DNA of 64,000 nucleotides from Vicinamibacterales bacterium (GTDB taxonomy: Bacteria; Acidobacteriota; Vicinamibacteria; Vicinamibacterales; UBA8438), in contig CBDEVO010000003.1 in assembly GCA_965243615.1 (NCBI GenBank), positions 3,347,141-3,411,140 of the forward strand, given 5' to 3'. A program made the position numbers and the translations under genes. Below the pieces are notes generated by a model. The model ran no database searches, had not been told where the DNA came from, and saw only the letters and a list, made by a program, of their open reading frames with translations. Positions 35,997-46,190 of this stretch are shown one piece after another. Within the stretch, counting starts at the first letter, position 1; each line of letters begins with the position of its first letter.

Positions 35997-37778
35997 ATGT
36001 GTGGCATCGGGACGAGCAACGGGCGTCACGGTCGGCGCGTCGCTCCGACGCTGTGCCGCGTCTGCGTCGTCGTCGCGCTGCTCGCCGGGGTCGTCGCGGC
36101 GCACGCACAGGAGGCGAGTCGCACCGGCAGCATCCATGGCCAGGTCGTCGACGCCGCCACCCGGCAGCCGCTCGGCGCGGCCGCCGTCGTCGTCCTCGAT
36201 CGCGGCCTCGCCACCGTCACCGGCGCCGACGGGCGCTTCACGCTGGTGGACGTGCCGGTCGGGCTGCAGCGCGTGCAGGTCGTGCTGGTCGGCTACGAGT
36301 CGGCCATCCTGCACGACGTCGTCGTACGGCCGGGCCGCTTCACGCCGCTGGCGGTGGCGGTCGACGAGGCCGGCCCCACCGTGCGCGAGGTCGTCGACGT
36401 CACTCCCGACTACTTCTCGGCGGAAGAGGAGACGGCGGTCGGCACGGTGAGCTTCAGCTTCGAGGAGATCCGGCGGGCGCCGGGGTCGGCCGGCGACGTC
36501 AGCCGGCTGCTGCAGGTGCTGCCGGGCGTGGGCATGGCCACCGATCAACGGAACGACCTGATCGTCCGGGGCGGCAGCCCGGGCGAGCACCTCACCGTCG
36601 TCGACAACATCGAGATCCCCAACATCAACCACTTTCCGACCCAGGGGGCGTCGGGCGGCGTGATCGGCCTGCTCAACACCGACCTCATCGCCGACGTCAG
36701 CTTCTCGGCCGGCGGGTTCGGGGTCGAGCGCGTCACGGAAGCGGCGGACGACGAGGCGCGCGTGCTGTTCGAGAACGACTCCCGCGAGCAGGAGATGGTG
36801 CTGCGCAGCCACTGGCGCAGCTCGACGTGCGGACGGTGCTGACCGGGCGCAAGACCGGCGCCTTCGCCTCGGTGGAGCAGTCGATCGGCCCGCGCCTCAC
36901 CGCGACGCTCGGCGGCCGCTTCGACCACTTCACGATCAACCGGCGGGGCGCGTGGTCGCCGCGCCTCGGACTGTCCTATGAGGTCGACCCCCGAACGACG
37001 CTGACCGCGGCGGCCGGCGTCTACCGTCAGACGCTGCCCGCGTGGCTGCTCGTCCAGCACCGGGACAACCGCCGCCTCGACGACCAGCGCGCCGATCATT
37101 ACGTGGCCGGCGTGCGGCGGCGGCTGACGCCGAGCACGTTGCTGAGCGTCGAGGCGTACCGCAAGGACTACCGCGGGCTGCCGTTCGACCCGGATGATCC
37201 GACCGCGCTCGTCGTCGACCGGTTCGCCGACTTCAGGACGCCGGCGCCAGGGCGCCTCGTCGGGGGCGGCCGGGCGCGGTCGCACGGGATCGAGGGCCTC
37301 GTACGGAAGAAGCTGGCGCGGGACGTCCACGGCCTGGTGAGCTACGCCTGGGCGGTGTCCCGCTACACGGACGCGACCGGGGTCGAGCGCGACCGGACGT
37401 TCGACCACCGGCACGTCGCGTCGGTGATGGTCGGCTACCGCCCCAACGAGCGCTTCGAACTCAGCGGGCGGTGGCGGTACGCCGGCGGACGGCCCCTACT
37501 CGCCCTTCGACCCGGAGCTGTCGGCGCAGGCGGGGGCCGGCATCGTGCGGCGGGATCGGATCAACGCCGAACGCCACACCGCCTACCATCGGCTCGATCT
37601 GCGCTTCGACCACCGCCGGCACTACCGGCGCGTCACCCTCGTCAGCTTCTTCAGCGTGCTCAACGTCTACGACCGCGACAACGTCTTCCATTACCACTGG
37701 GATGCGGACGACAATCGTCCGGAACGCGCCACCCAGTGGGGGCTTCTCCCGGTGGGCGGCTTCGAGCTCGAGTTCTGA
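35997..37778 (+). pseudogene. TonB-dependent receptor pseudogene with internal deletions and frameshifts
   Basis: Pieces in three frames: plug region (EEIRRAPGSAGDVSRLLQVLPGV...SAGGFG), barrel (SPRLGLSY...RYAGGRP) and C-terminus (HRLDLRFD...GGFELEF). Extra C at 37493-37496; frame break near 36815. Confidence 0.8.
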
Positions 37779-37780
37779 CC

Positions 37781-38833
37781 ATGACGGCTTGGCTGCAGGC
37801 GTCGATTCGGGAGCATCCCGCGCACTGGGGGTGGGCGCTCAACGCGGCGTTCTGCACGCTGGTCGGCGGCGTGCTGAGCCTGGCGATGTCCGAGCGGATC
37901 GAGCCGGCGTACTTCGCGACCAGCTATGGCATCGGGTTCTCCATCCATGCCTTCAACCTGCTCGCGCACCGGCACGGGCCGGCGTGGCTGCCGCGCCGGG
38001 CGGGGGAGACCGTCGCCACGGCGTGCGGGATGGTCCTCGGTCTCGCCCTCGGCGGCGTCCTCCTCGATGGCGACCCCCTGTTCCTGCTGGGCAGCAACGC
38101 GTTCCTGCTGATCGGCGTCCTGCTGAGCGGCGCGGGCCTCGCCGGCTCCATCGCGGTCGAGCGTCTGTGGGAGGTGCGCAACCGGCTCGAGCGGGCGAGG
38201 CGGGACGCCCTGGCCCGCGACAAGGCATTGGCGGAGGCCGAGCTGCGCGTGCTGCAGGCGCAGGTCGAGCCGCACTTCCTGTTCAACACGCTGGCGAACG
38301 TCATCTCGCTCATCCGCACGCATCCCGAACGGGCCGCGCGGCTCCTGGAGCGGCTGACGTCGCTGCTGCGCGCCTCGCTGTCGCGCACGCGCCGCGCCGG
38401 CGGGACGCTGGGCGACGAGCTCGCGGGGGTGCGGGCCTACCTCGACATCCAGTCGTTGCGCATGGCGGGACGGATGACCTTCGAGGTGGACGTGGACCCC
38501 GGCCTCGAGGCGGTGCCGATGCCGCCGCTCCTGCTGCAGCCGCTGGTGGAGAACGCGGTGCTCCACGGCATCGAGCCGTCGCCGGCCGGGGGGCGCGTCG
38601 TGGTGCGCGCGGACCGGGCGCGCGGGGTGGTGCGGATCCGGGTGACCGACGATGGCATCGGGCTCGATCCGGACACCGCCGCGCAGGGCGTCGGCCTCGC
38701 CAGCGTCCGCGAGCGTCTGCACGCGACGTTCGGCGAGGGCGGGCGGCTGGCCCTCGAGGAGACGCCCGGCGGCGGCGTCAGCGCCGAGCTGCGGTTTCCC
38801 GCCGCCCCCGCCGCGGCCGCGGAGGTGCGCTGA
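37781..38833 (+). CDS. LytS/YehU-type sensor histidine kinase
   Basis: LQAQVEPHFLFNTL, LLQPLVENAVLHG, VTDDGIG, GVGLASVRERL. Confidence 0.93.
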   Translation: MTAWLQASIREHPAHWGWALNAAFCTLVGGVLSLAMSERIEPAYFATSYGIGFSIHAFNLLAHRHGPAWLPRRAGETVATACGMVLGLALGGVLLDGDPLFLLGSNAFLLIGVLLSGAGLAGSIAVERLWEVRNRLERARRDALARDKALAEAELRVLQAQVEPHFLFNTLANVISLIRTHPERAARLLERLTSLLRASLSRTRRAGGTLGDELAGVRAYLDIQSLRMAGRMTFEVDVDPGLEAVPMPPLLLQPLVENAVLHGIEPSPAGGRVVVRADRARGVVRIRVTDDGIGLDPDTAAQGVGLASVRERLHATFGEGGRLALEETPGGGVSAELRFPAAPAAAAEVR

Positions 38834-38835
38834 GG

Positions 38836-39597
38836 ATGGGCGATGCCGCCAGGGCGCTGATCGCCGACGACGAGCCGGCGCTGCGGGCCGAGCTCCGACG
38901 CCTGCTCGCGGGCGCGTGGCCGGAGCTGGGGATCGTGGCGTCGGTCGGGGACGGCGCGGCGGCCCTCGAGGCGATCGAACGCCTGCGGCCGGACGTCGCC
39001 TTCCTCGACATCCGCATGCCGCCGCCCTCGGGCCTGGACGTCGCGCGGCGCGCCGGCCCGGACACCGCCGTCGTGTTCGTGACGGCGTACGACACCCATG
39101 CGGTGGAGGCGTTCGAGCGGGCGGCGGTGGACTATCTCCTCAAGCCCGTGCTCGGGCCGCGCCTCGACGAGACCGTGCATCGCCTGAAGCGGCGGCTGGC
39201 CGGCGGGGACCGCGACGGTCCGGACCCGCGGGTCCTCGAATCGCTGATCCGGCGCCTGGCCGACACCCCCGACTACCTGCACTGGCTGCGGGTCGGACAC
39301 GGGGAGCGCGTCGAGCTCGTCGCCGTCGACGACGTCTGCTTCTTCCGGTCCGACCGCAAGTACACCGCGGCGGTGACGCGCGACCGGGAGCACCTGGTGC
39401 GCACGCCCATCTCGGAGCTGGCGGCGCGCCTCGATCCCGCGCGGTTCTGGCGGATCCACCGCGGCGGCATCGTCAACGTCGCCGCTATCGAGGCGGCCCG
39501 CCGCGATCTGCGCGGGCGCTATCGCCTGACGTTGAAGGAGCGCCCCGAGGTGCTGCGGGTGAGCGCCGCCTACCGGCACCTGTTCAGGCGCATGTAG
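38836..39597 (+). CDS. LytTR family response regulator
   Basis: LIADDEP, FLDIRMP, FVTAYD, YLLKP, FWRIHRGGIVN. Confidence 0.94.
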   Translation: MGDAARALIADDEPALRAELRRLLAGAWPELGIVASVGDGAAALEAIERLRPDVAFLDIRMPPPSGLDVARRAGPDTAVVFVTAYDTHAVEAFERAAVDYLLKPVLGPRLDETVHRLKRRLAGGDRDGPDPRVLESLIRRLADTPDYLHWLRVGHGERVELVAVDDVCFFRSDRKYTAAVTRDREHLVRTPISELAARLDPARFWRIHRGGIVNVAAIEAARRDLRGRYRLTLKERPEVLRVSAAYRHLFRRM

Positions 39598-39620
39598 GTA
39601 CAGGCGGCGGGGCGTTCGCG

Positions 39621-42266
39621 CTATTCGCTCCGCAGCACCGTGGCGGGATCGAGCGCGGTCGCGCGGCGCGCGGGGACATAGGCCGCGAGCCCCGCGAGCA
39701 GGGCGAACAGCACGGGGACCGCCACGTAGGTGGCGGGGTCCCACGGGCTGACGCCATGGAGCTGAGAGGAGAGCGACGACATCAGGACGGCCGCGGCCAG
39801 CTCTCCGATGACGACGCCGGCGCCCGCGAACGCCAGCGCGTGGCGCACGAAGCGCGTGCGGACGCCGGCGCGGGTCGCGCCGAGGGCGAGCCGGATGCCG
39901 ATGTCGCGGCGCCGGCGCGCGGCGGCGCAGGCGACGACGCCGTAGACCCCGATCATCCCGAGGGCGACGCCGAGGACGGCGAACCCCAGCACCAGGGTCG
40001 TCGTGAAGCGCGGGCGGCTGACGGCCTGGGCCATGACGTCCTCCATCGAACGGATGCGGCTGACCGGCGTCTCCGCGTCGAGCGAGGCGACCACCGCCCG
40101 CAGGTTGTCGGTGACCAGGGCCGGGTCGGCGCCGGCGTGGACGATCACGGACATCGCGTCGATGGCGCCGAGGTGCTGGGCCAGGGGCAGATACAGCGTC
40201 GTGCCCTCCTCGCTCGCGGGTCCCTGCCAACGGACGTCCGCGACCACGCCGACCACGGTACGCCAGGGGTCGGCGTCTCCCTGACCGCCGGGGAACTGGA
40301 TGCGTTGGCCGACCGCGGTCTCGCCCGGCCACCAGGTCTCGGCCAGGCGCCGGCTGACGAGCACGACCCGCTGCGCGCCGCTCGAGTCGGCCTCGGTGAA
40401 CGCGCGGCCTTCGACGATGGGCACGCCGAGGGCGGTCAGGTAGTCGGCGCTCACGGCGGTTCGCAGGTCGGTCGACGGCCACTCCCCGCCCTCGGTGGCC
40501 GGGTTCGGCCGGCCCTCGATCGTGAACACGCTGAAGCCGAAGCCGGCCCCGAAGGGCTCGAAGACGGTCGACAGCCCCACCGTGCGGACGAACGGAAGGG
40601 CGCGAAGACGTTGCTCCAGCGCCGTGTAGAAGCCGAGCCTGGCGCTATCGTCGGGATGACGCGCGGCCGACGGCGCGACCTCCGCCACGACGCGGCGCTC
40701 CGGGCTGAGTCCGACATCGACGGCGAGCTGCGAGGCCAGGCTCCGGGCGAGCAGGGCGGCCGCGATGGCGAGGGTGACGGCCGCCGCGGTCTCGACGGTG
40801 ACGAACAGGTCGAGACCGCGCCCCGTCGTTTCGCCGACGCTTCCGCGCGTGCCCGATCGCGCGGACTCCTCGCCCGCGCGCGCCGCGCGCAGCGCCGGCA
40901 GGGTGCCGGCGGCCAGCGCGGTGACGACCGAGAGCACCGCGGTGAAGCCGAGGACGACGCCGTCGACGCGAATCCCGTCCGCCCGCGGAACGTCGGCGGG
41001 CAGGAGCGCGACCAGGGCCGGCACGCCGGCCCAGGCGACGGCGAGGCCCGCCGCGCCCCCGAGCAGGCTGACGAGCGCGCTCTCGGTCAGGAGCTGCCGG
41101 ACGACGCGCCCGCGGCCGGCCCCGAGGGCGGCGCGCAGGGCCAGCTCGTGCCGGCGGGCGGCGGCGCGGACCTGCTGCAGGTTGGTCAGGTTCACGGCCC
41201 CGATCAGCCACACCGCGGCGACCGCCGCGAGCAGCAGGAGCAGCATCGGGCGCACCGCCCCGAGCCGGTCCTCCCGCCACGTCCTCAGGCTGACGCGCGC
41301 CCCGTAGTCGTCGGGCATCCGCCACGGGAACAGCCCGGCGAACCTCGGGCCGAGCGCCCGCATCTCGTCCGTCGCCGCCTCCAGGGAGACGCCGGGGCGG
41401 AGCCGGCCGACCAGGAACGCGGTGCGTGCCCACAGGCCGACCGGGCTCGCCGGGTCCACGGTCATCGGCACCCAGATGTCCACGCCGGCCGACGGGAAGT
41501 CGAAGTCGGGCGGCATGACGCCGCGCACCTCGTGGGCGACACCGTCGAGCGGCAGCGTCCGCCCGACGACGGCCGGGTCGGCGCCGAAGCGTTGCCGCCA
41601 CAGCGCGTCGCTCAGCAGGGCGGCCGGCGCGGCGCCGGGGCGCTCGTCGTCGAGGCGGAAGCCCTGACCCAACACCGGCGCGCGGCCCAGGCGGGCCAGT
41701 AGATCGCCCGTGGTCGGCACGACGCTCACGCGCAAGGGCTCGTCGAGTCCGGTGAGGGTCCGGTCGTCCGGCGGGACATAGGCGGAGACGTCGAGGGTGC
41801 GCGCCCGCTCTCGCAGCTCGACGAGCTCGCCGACGTAGCCGATGTCGAGGATGCGGACCAGCCGGTCCGGTTCCTCGACCGGCAGAGGGCGCAGGAGAAT
41901 GCCGTGGAGGGCGCTGAAGATGGCCGTCGTCGCGCCGATGGTGAGGGCCAGGGTGGCGACCGACATTGCCGTGAACCCGCGGCGGCGGGCGAGGGCGCGT
42001 GCGCCGCACCATACGTCCTGCCGCAACTGATCGAGCCAGCGCCAGCGCCACAGGGCCCGGACGTCCTCGCGGATGAGCCCGGCGTTGCCGAGCGTCGCCC
42101 GCGCCGCCCGCGCGGCGTCCGCGGGCGACATGCCCCGCTCGAGGTTCTGCTGGGTCTCGAGCTCCAGGTGCAGGGAGAGCTCGCGCCGGATGTCCGTCTC
42201 CGCCCGCTTCGCGCGGCGGCGGCGGAGCCACGGGAGCAGGCGAACGAGGGGCGAACGCAGCGGCAT
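39621..42266 (-). CDS. ADOP-type duplicated ABC transporter permease (MacB/FtsX repeats)
   Basis: ELSLHLELETQQNLERGM, QDVWCGARAL, ELALRAALGAGRGRVVRQLLTES, DIGIRLALGA, PARRATALDPATVLRSE. Confidence 0.92.
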   Translation of the reverse strand: MPLRSPLVRLLPWLRRRRAKRAETDIRRELSLHLELETQQNLERGMSPADAARAARATLGNAGLIREDVRALWRWRWLDQLRQDVWCGARALARRRGFTAMSVATLALTIGATTAIFSALHGILLRPLPVEEPDRLVRILDIGYVGELVELRERARTLDVSAYVPPDDRTLTGLDEPLRVSVVPTTGDLLARLGRAPVLGQGFRLDDERPGAAPAALLSDALWRQRFGADPAVVGRTLPLDGVAHEVRGVMPPDFDFPSAGVDIWVPMTVDPASPVGLWARTAFLVGRLRPGVSLEAATDEMRALGPRFAGLFPWRMPDDYGARVSLRTWREDRLGAVRPMLLLLLAAVAAVWLIGAVNLTNLQQVRAAARRHELALRAALGAGRGRVVRQLLTESALVSLLGGAAGLAVAWAGVPALVALLPADVPRADGIRVDGVVLGFTAVLSVVTALAAGTLPALRAARAGEESARSGTRGSVGETTGRGLDLFVTVETAAAVTLAIAAALLARSLASQLAVDVGLSPERRVVAEVAPSAARHPDDSARLGFYTALEQRLRALPFVRTVGLSTVFEPFGAGFGFSVFTIEGRPNPATEGGEWPSTDLRTAVSADYLTALGVPIVEGRAFTEADSSGAQRVVLVSRRLAETWWPGETAVGQRIQFPGGQGDADPWRTVVGVVADVRWQGPASEEGTTLYLPLAQHLGAIDAMSVIVHAGADPALVTDNLRAVVASLDAETPVSRIRSMEDVMAQAVSRPRFTTTLVLGFAVLGVALGMIGVYGVVACAAARRRRDIGIRLALGATRAGVRTRFVRHALAFAGAGVVIGELAAAVLMSSLSSQLHGVSPWDPATYVAVPVLFALLAGLAAYVPARRATALDPATVLRSE

Positions 42267-42290
42267 GGTTGGCTCTCCGTATATGAAGAT

Positions 42291-42324
42291 AATCTACAAT
42301 AGATCGAATAATGTAGATTGTCAA
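42291..42324 (-). promoter_or_regulatory. Sigma70 promoter TTGACA-N17-TATTGT overlapped by the perfect palindrome AATCTACA-N13-TGTAGATT
   Basis: -35 at 42324-42319; -10 at 42301-42296; arms at 42291-42298 and 42312-42319; GGAGAG RBS ahead of ATG 42266. Confidence 0.75.
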
Positions 42325-42537
42325 TGTATGTGGAGACAGGGGTCGACACCGCCTGGGTCACGCATCGACAACCGTGCCTGCGGAGGAGATGTCTTGCCGG
42401 AAGTCGACCTCGCCGCTACACGGACGAAAGAGTTTCGGCGTAGACTTGCCGTATCCCGAGGTGCCGGGCAACGACGGCGGCCGCGCCATGCTCTCGATAC
42501 CTGGCGCGAAGGCACCATCGGCAGCCGAGGACAGGCG

Positions 42538-44100
42538 ATGACCGATTACCTGCGTGTCGATTCGTTGCTCCAGCGTCGGCTGGACCGTCGCGATCTGCTG
42601 ACCAGCGGACTGGCTCTGCTCGGACTCGGCGCCGCCCGCCGCGTCTCGGGCCGGTCTCTCTTCCAGCCCTCCGCGTTCCCGCTCGGCGTCGCGTCGGGCG
42701 ACCCGGCGGCGGACGGCGTCGTCCTCTGGACGCGCCTCGCCCTGGATCCGCTGAACGGCGGCGGCATGCCCCCGGACGACGTCGAGGTCGTCTGGGAGGT
42801 GGCGCGGGACGAGGGGATGGCCGACGTGGTGCGGCGCGGCACGAGCGTCGCCCGCGAGGTGCTCGGCCACAGCGTCCACGTCGAGGTGGATGGGCTCGAG
42901 CCGGGGCGCTGGTACTGGTACCGGTTCCGGGCCGGGGCCGACGAGAGCGCGGTGGGGCGGACCCGCACCCTGCCGGCGGCAGGCGCGCGTGCCGACCGGC
43001 TGCGGTTCGCCTTTGCCTCGTGCCAGCACTACGAGCAGGGGTACTACACGGCGTACCGGCACATGGCCGAGGACGACCTCGACCTCGTCTTCCACCTCGG
43101 CGACTACATCTACGAATACGAGGGGCGCGACGGGCGGGTGCGGAGGCACACCGGCGACGAGATCGAGCTGATCGACGACTACCGCAACCGGTACGCGCTT
43201 TATCGCAGCGACCCGGACCTCCAGGCGGCGCACGCGGCGTTCCCGTGGGTGGTGACGTGGGACGACCACGAGGTCGACAACAACTACGCGAATGCGGTCT
43301 CGGAAGAGGAGGGGCTGCCGGCCGAGCTGTTCCTCCGGCGCCGCGCCGCCGCGTACCAGGCGTACTACGAGCACATGCCGCTGCGCCGGTCGTCTCTGCC
43401 CGCCGGCCCGAACCTGCAGCTCTACCGCGCCTTCGGCTGGGGCGACCTCGCCTCGGTCCACGTGCTCGACACGCGGCAGTACCGCTCCGACCAGCCGTGC
43501 GGCGACCGGGGCGGCCACTGCGACGGCATCTACGACCCGGCGGCGACGCTGCTCGGCGAGGCGCAGGAGCGCTGGCTGATGGACGGGCTCGACGGCTCGA
43601 CGGCGCGCTGGAACGTCGTGCCGCAGCAGCTCATGATGGCGCGGGTGGACTTCGCGTCCGGCGACGACGAGTCCTACCCGGTGGACATATGGTCGGGCTA
43701 CGAGGCCGCGCGCCGGCGGCTGATGGAGTTTCTCGCGGCGCGCCGGCCCGCCAACCCGCTCGTCCTCGCCGGCGACATCCACAGCAACTGGGTCAACGAC
43801 CTCAAGGTCGACTACCGCGACCCCGCCGCCCCCGTGGTCGGCACCGAGCTCGTGTGCACCTCCATCAGCTCGGGCGGCGACGGCGCTGACGGCGGCGACC
43901 GCGCCGCCGCGCTGATCGCGGAGAACCCGGCCATCCGCTTCTACAACGGCCAGCGCGGCTACGTGCGCTGCGATCTGACGCCCGAGCAATGCCGGGCCGA
44001 CTACCAGGTGCTGGAGTACGTCACCCGGCCCGGCAGCCCCATCTCGACGCGCGCGTCGTTCGTCGTCGAGGACGGCCGCCCCGGCGCGCAGCCGCTCTGA
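42538..44100 (+). CDS. phoD: Alkaline phosphatase D, Tat-exported, copy 1
   Basis: DRRDLL Tat-like motif, [33 protein letters not shown]; 520 aa. Confidence 0.95.
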   Translation: MTDYLRVDSLLQRRLDRRDLLTSGLALLGLGAARRVSGRSLFQPSAFPLGVASGDPAADGVVLWTRLALDPLNGGGMPPDDVEVVWEVARDEGMADVVRRGTSVAREVLGHSVHVEVDGLEPGRWYWYRFRAGADESAVGRTRTLPAAGARADRLRFAFASCQHYEQGYYTAYRHMAEDDLDLVFHLGDYIYEYEGRDGRVRRHTGDEIELIDDYRNRYALYRSDPDLQAAHAAFPWVVTWDDHEVDNNYANAVSEEEGLPAELFLRRRAAAYQAYYEHMPLRRSSLPAGPNLQLYRAFGWGDLASVHVLDTRQYRSDQPCGDRGGHCDGIYDPAATLLGEAQERWLMDGLDGSTARWNVVPQQLMMARVDFASGDDESYPVDIWSGYEAARRRLMEFLAARRPANPLVLAGDIHSNWVNDLKVDYRDPAAPVVGTELVCTSISSGGDGADGGDRAAALIAENPAIRFYNGQRGYVRCDLTPEQCRADYQVLEYVTRPGSPISTRASFVVEDGRPGAQPL

Positions 44101-44428
44101 GTCAGTCTGTTCCCCCGTGCGCGCCGACGTTCCGGACCCGCGCGATTGACGACCAGGAACGCCGGGGCTCGCGTGTTCCGGCGACGCGCCACGGGCTTCG
44201 TTGGCTCCGCACCATCGGCGATTCCACAATCGCCGGCCGACCTGGCACCGACGCTGTTGGCGAGCTGGCGGCCCGAACGGCCCTCGACGCGATGTCCGTG
44301 ATCGTCCACGCCGTTGAAAGCGGTTTCCGGGGTAGACTTGCGGCATCCCGCGATGCTGGCGGCGACGCCGGCCGAACCATGATGTCACCAGACGGCGCAA
44401 CTGCGCCGTCGGAAGCCGAGGACGAGCG

Positions 44429-45991
44429 ATGACCCACTCCCTCCGTGTCGATTCGTTGCTTCAGCGTCGGTTGGACCGCCGTGATCTGCTGACCGGCGGC
44501 CTGGCCCTGCTCGGACTGGGCGCCGCCCGCCGCACCTCGGGCGGGTCTCTCTTCCAGCCCTCCGCGTTCCCGCTCGGCGTCGCGTCGGGCGATCCGACGC
44601 CGGACGGCGTCGTTCTCTGGACGCGCCTCGCCCTGGACCCGTTGAACGGCGGCGGCATGCCTCCGGACGACGTGGAGGTCGTCTGGGAGGTTGCTCGCGA
44701 CGAGGGGATGGCCGACGTGGTCCGACGCGGGACGAGCGTCGCCCGCGATGTGCTCGGACACAGCGTCCACGTCGAGGTCGACGGGCTCGAGCCGGGGCGC
44801 TGGTACTGGTACAGGTTCCGCGCCGGGGCTGACGAGAGCGCCGTCGGTCGGACGCGCACCCTGCCGGCCGCGGGAGCGCGCGCCGACCGGCTGCGGTTCG
44901 CGTTCGCGTCGTGCCAGCACTACGAGCACGGGTACTTCACGGCATACCGGCACATGGCCGAGGACGACCTGGATCTCGTCTTCCACCTCGGCGACTACAT
45001 CTACGAGTACGAGGGGCGCGACGGGGGGGTGCGCAGGCACACCGGCGACGAGATCGAGCTGGTCGACGACTACCGCAACCGGTACGCGCTCTATCGCAGC
45101 GACCCCGACCTGCAGGCGGCGCACGCGGCGTTTCCGTGGGTGGTGACGTGGGACGACCACGAGGTCGACAACAACTACGCGAACGCGGTGTCGGAAGAGG
45201 AGGGGCTGCCGGCCGAGCTGTTCCTCCGCCGCCGCGCCGCCGCCTACCAGGCCTACTACGAGCACATGCCGCTGCGCCGCTCGTCGCTGCCCGCCGGTCC
45301 CGACCTGCAGCTCTACCGCGCCTTCGGCTGGGGCGACCTCGCCTCGGTCCACGTGCTCGACACGCGGCAGTACCGCACCGATCAGCCGTGCGGCGACGGC
45401 CGGGGCGCCTGCGACGGCATGTTGGACCCCGCCGCCACCCCGCTCGGCGAGGCGCAGGAGCGCTGGCTGCTGGACGGGCTCGGCGGCTCGGCCGCGCGGT
45501 GGAACGTCATCCCCCAGCAGATCATGATGGCGCGCATCGACTACACCCCGGGCGACGGCGAGTCCTACGCGCTGGACATGTGGTCGGGCTACGAGGCCGC
45601 GCGCCGACGGCTCATGGAGTTCCTCGCCGCGCGCCGGCCCGGAAACCCGCTGGTCCTCACCGGCGACATCCACAGCAACTGGGTCAACGACCTCAAGGTC
45701 GACTACCGCGACCCCGCCGCGCCGGTGGTCGGCACCGAGCTCGTCGGCACCTCCATCAGCTCGAGCGGCGACGGCGCCGACGTCCGCGACGACACCGCCG
45801 CGCTGCTCGCGGAGAACCCGGCGATCCGCTTCTACAACGCCCAGCGCGGCTATGTGCGCTGCGACCTGACCCCCGAGCGGTGCCGGGCCGACTACCAGGT
45901 CCTGGAGTACGTCACCCGGCCCGGCAGCCCCATCTCCACGCGCGCGTCGTTCGTCGTCGAGGACGGCCGGCCCGGCGCGCAGCGGCTCTGA
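44429..45991 (+). CDS. phoD: Alkaline phosphatase D, Tat-exported, copy 2
   Basis: Same motifs and same length (520 aa); near-identical to copy 1. Confidence 0.95.
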   Translation: MTHSLRVDSLLQRRLDRRDLLTGGLALLGLGAARRTSGGSLFQPSAFPLGVASGDPTPDGVVLWTRLALDPLNGGGMPPDDVEVVWEVARDEGMADVVRRGTSVARDVLGHSVHVEVDGLEPGRWYWYRFRAGADESAVGRTRTLPAAGARADRLRFAFASCQHYEHGYFTAYRHMAEDDLDLVFHLGDYIYEYEGRDGGVRRHTGDEIELVDDYRNRYALYRSDPDLQAAHAAFPWVVTWDDHEVDNNYANAVSEEEGLPAELFLRRRAAAYQAYYEHMPLRRSSLPAGPDLQLYRAFGWGDLASVHVLDTRQYRTDQPCGDGRGACDGMLDPAATPLGEAQERWLLDGLGGSAARWNVIPQQIMMARIDYTPGDGESYALDMWSGYEAARRRLMEFLAARRPGNPLVLTGDIHSNWVNDLKVDYRDPAAPVVGTELVGTSISSSGDGADVRDDTAALLAENPAIRFYNAQRGYVRCDLTPERCRADYQVLEYVTRPGSPISTRASFVVEDGRPGAQRL

Positions 45992-46190
45992 GCAACTCGG
46001 GCCGGTCGTCGCGGCGACGGGCCGTTCGCTACAGGATGCCCGCGACGACGCTGTCCGGGTCGTCGCCCGGCCGGACGGACGTGCCGAGCGCCCGCTCGCG
46101 CGGCCACCGTTCGTCAAGGGTGTCGGCGTCGAGGAGGCGGCCGTTCTTCATCACGCCGCAGATGCGCGCCCCGACGTCGTCTCGCGAGCG

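Noticed and set aside
42426-42450. Pho box upstream of the phoD genes
   Set aside because: No CTGTCAT-like 11-bp direct repeats seen; a different conserved element is reported instead.
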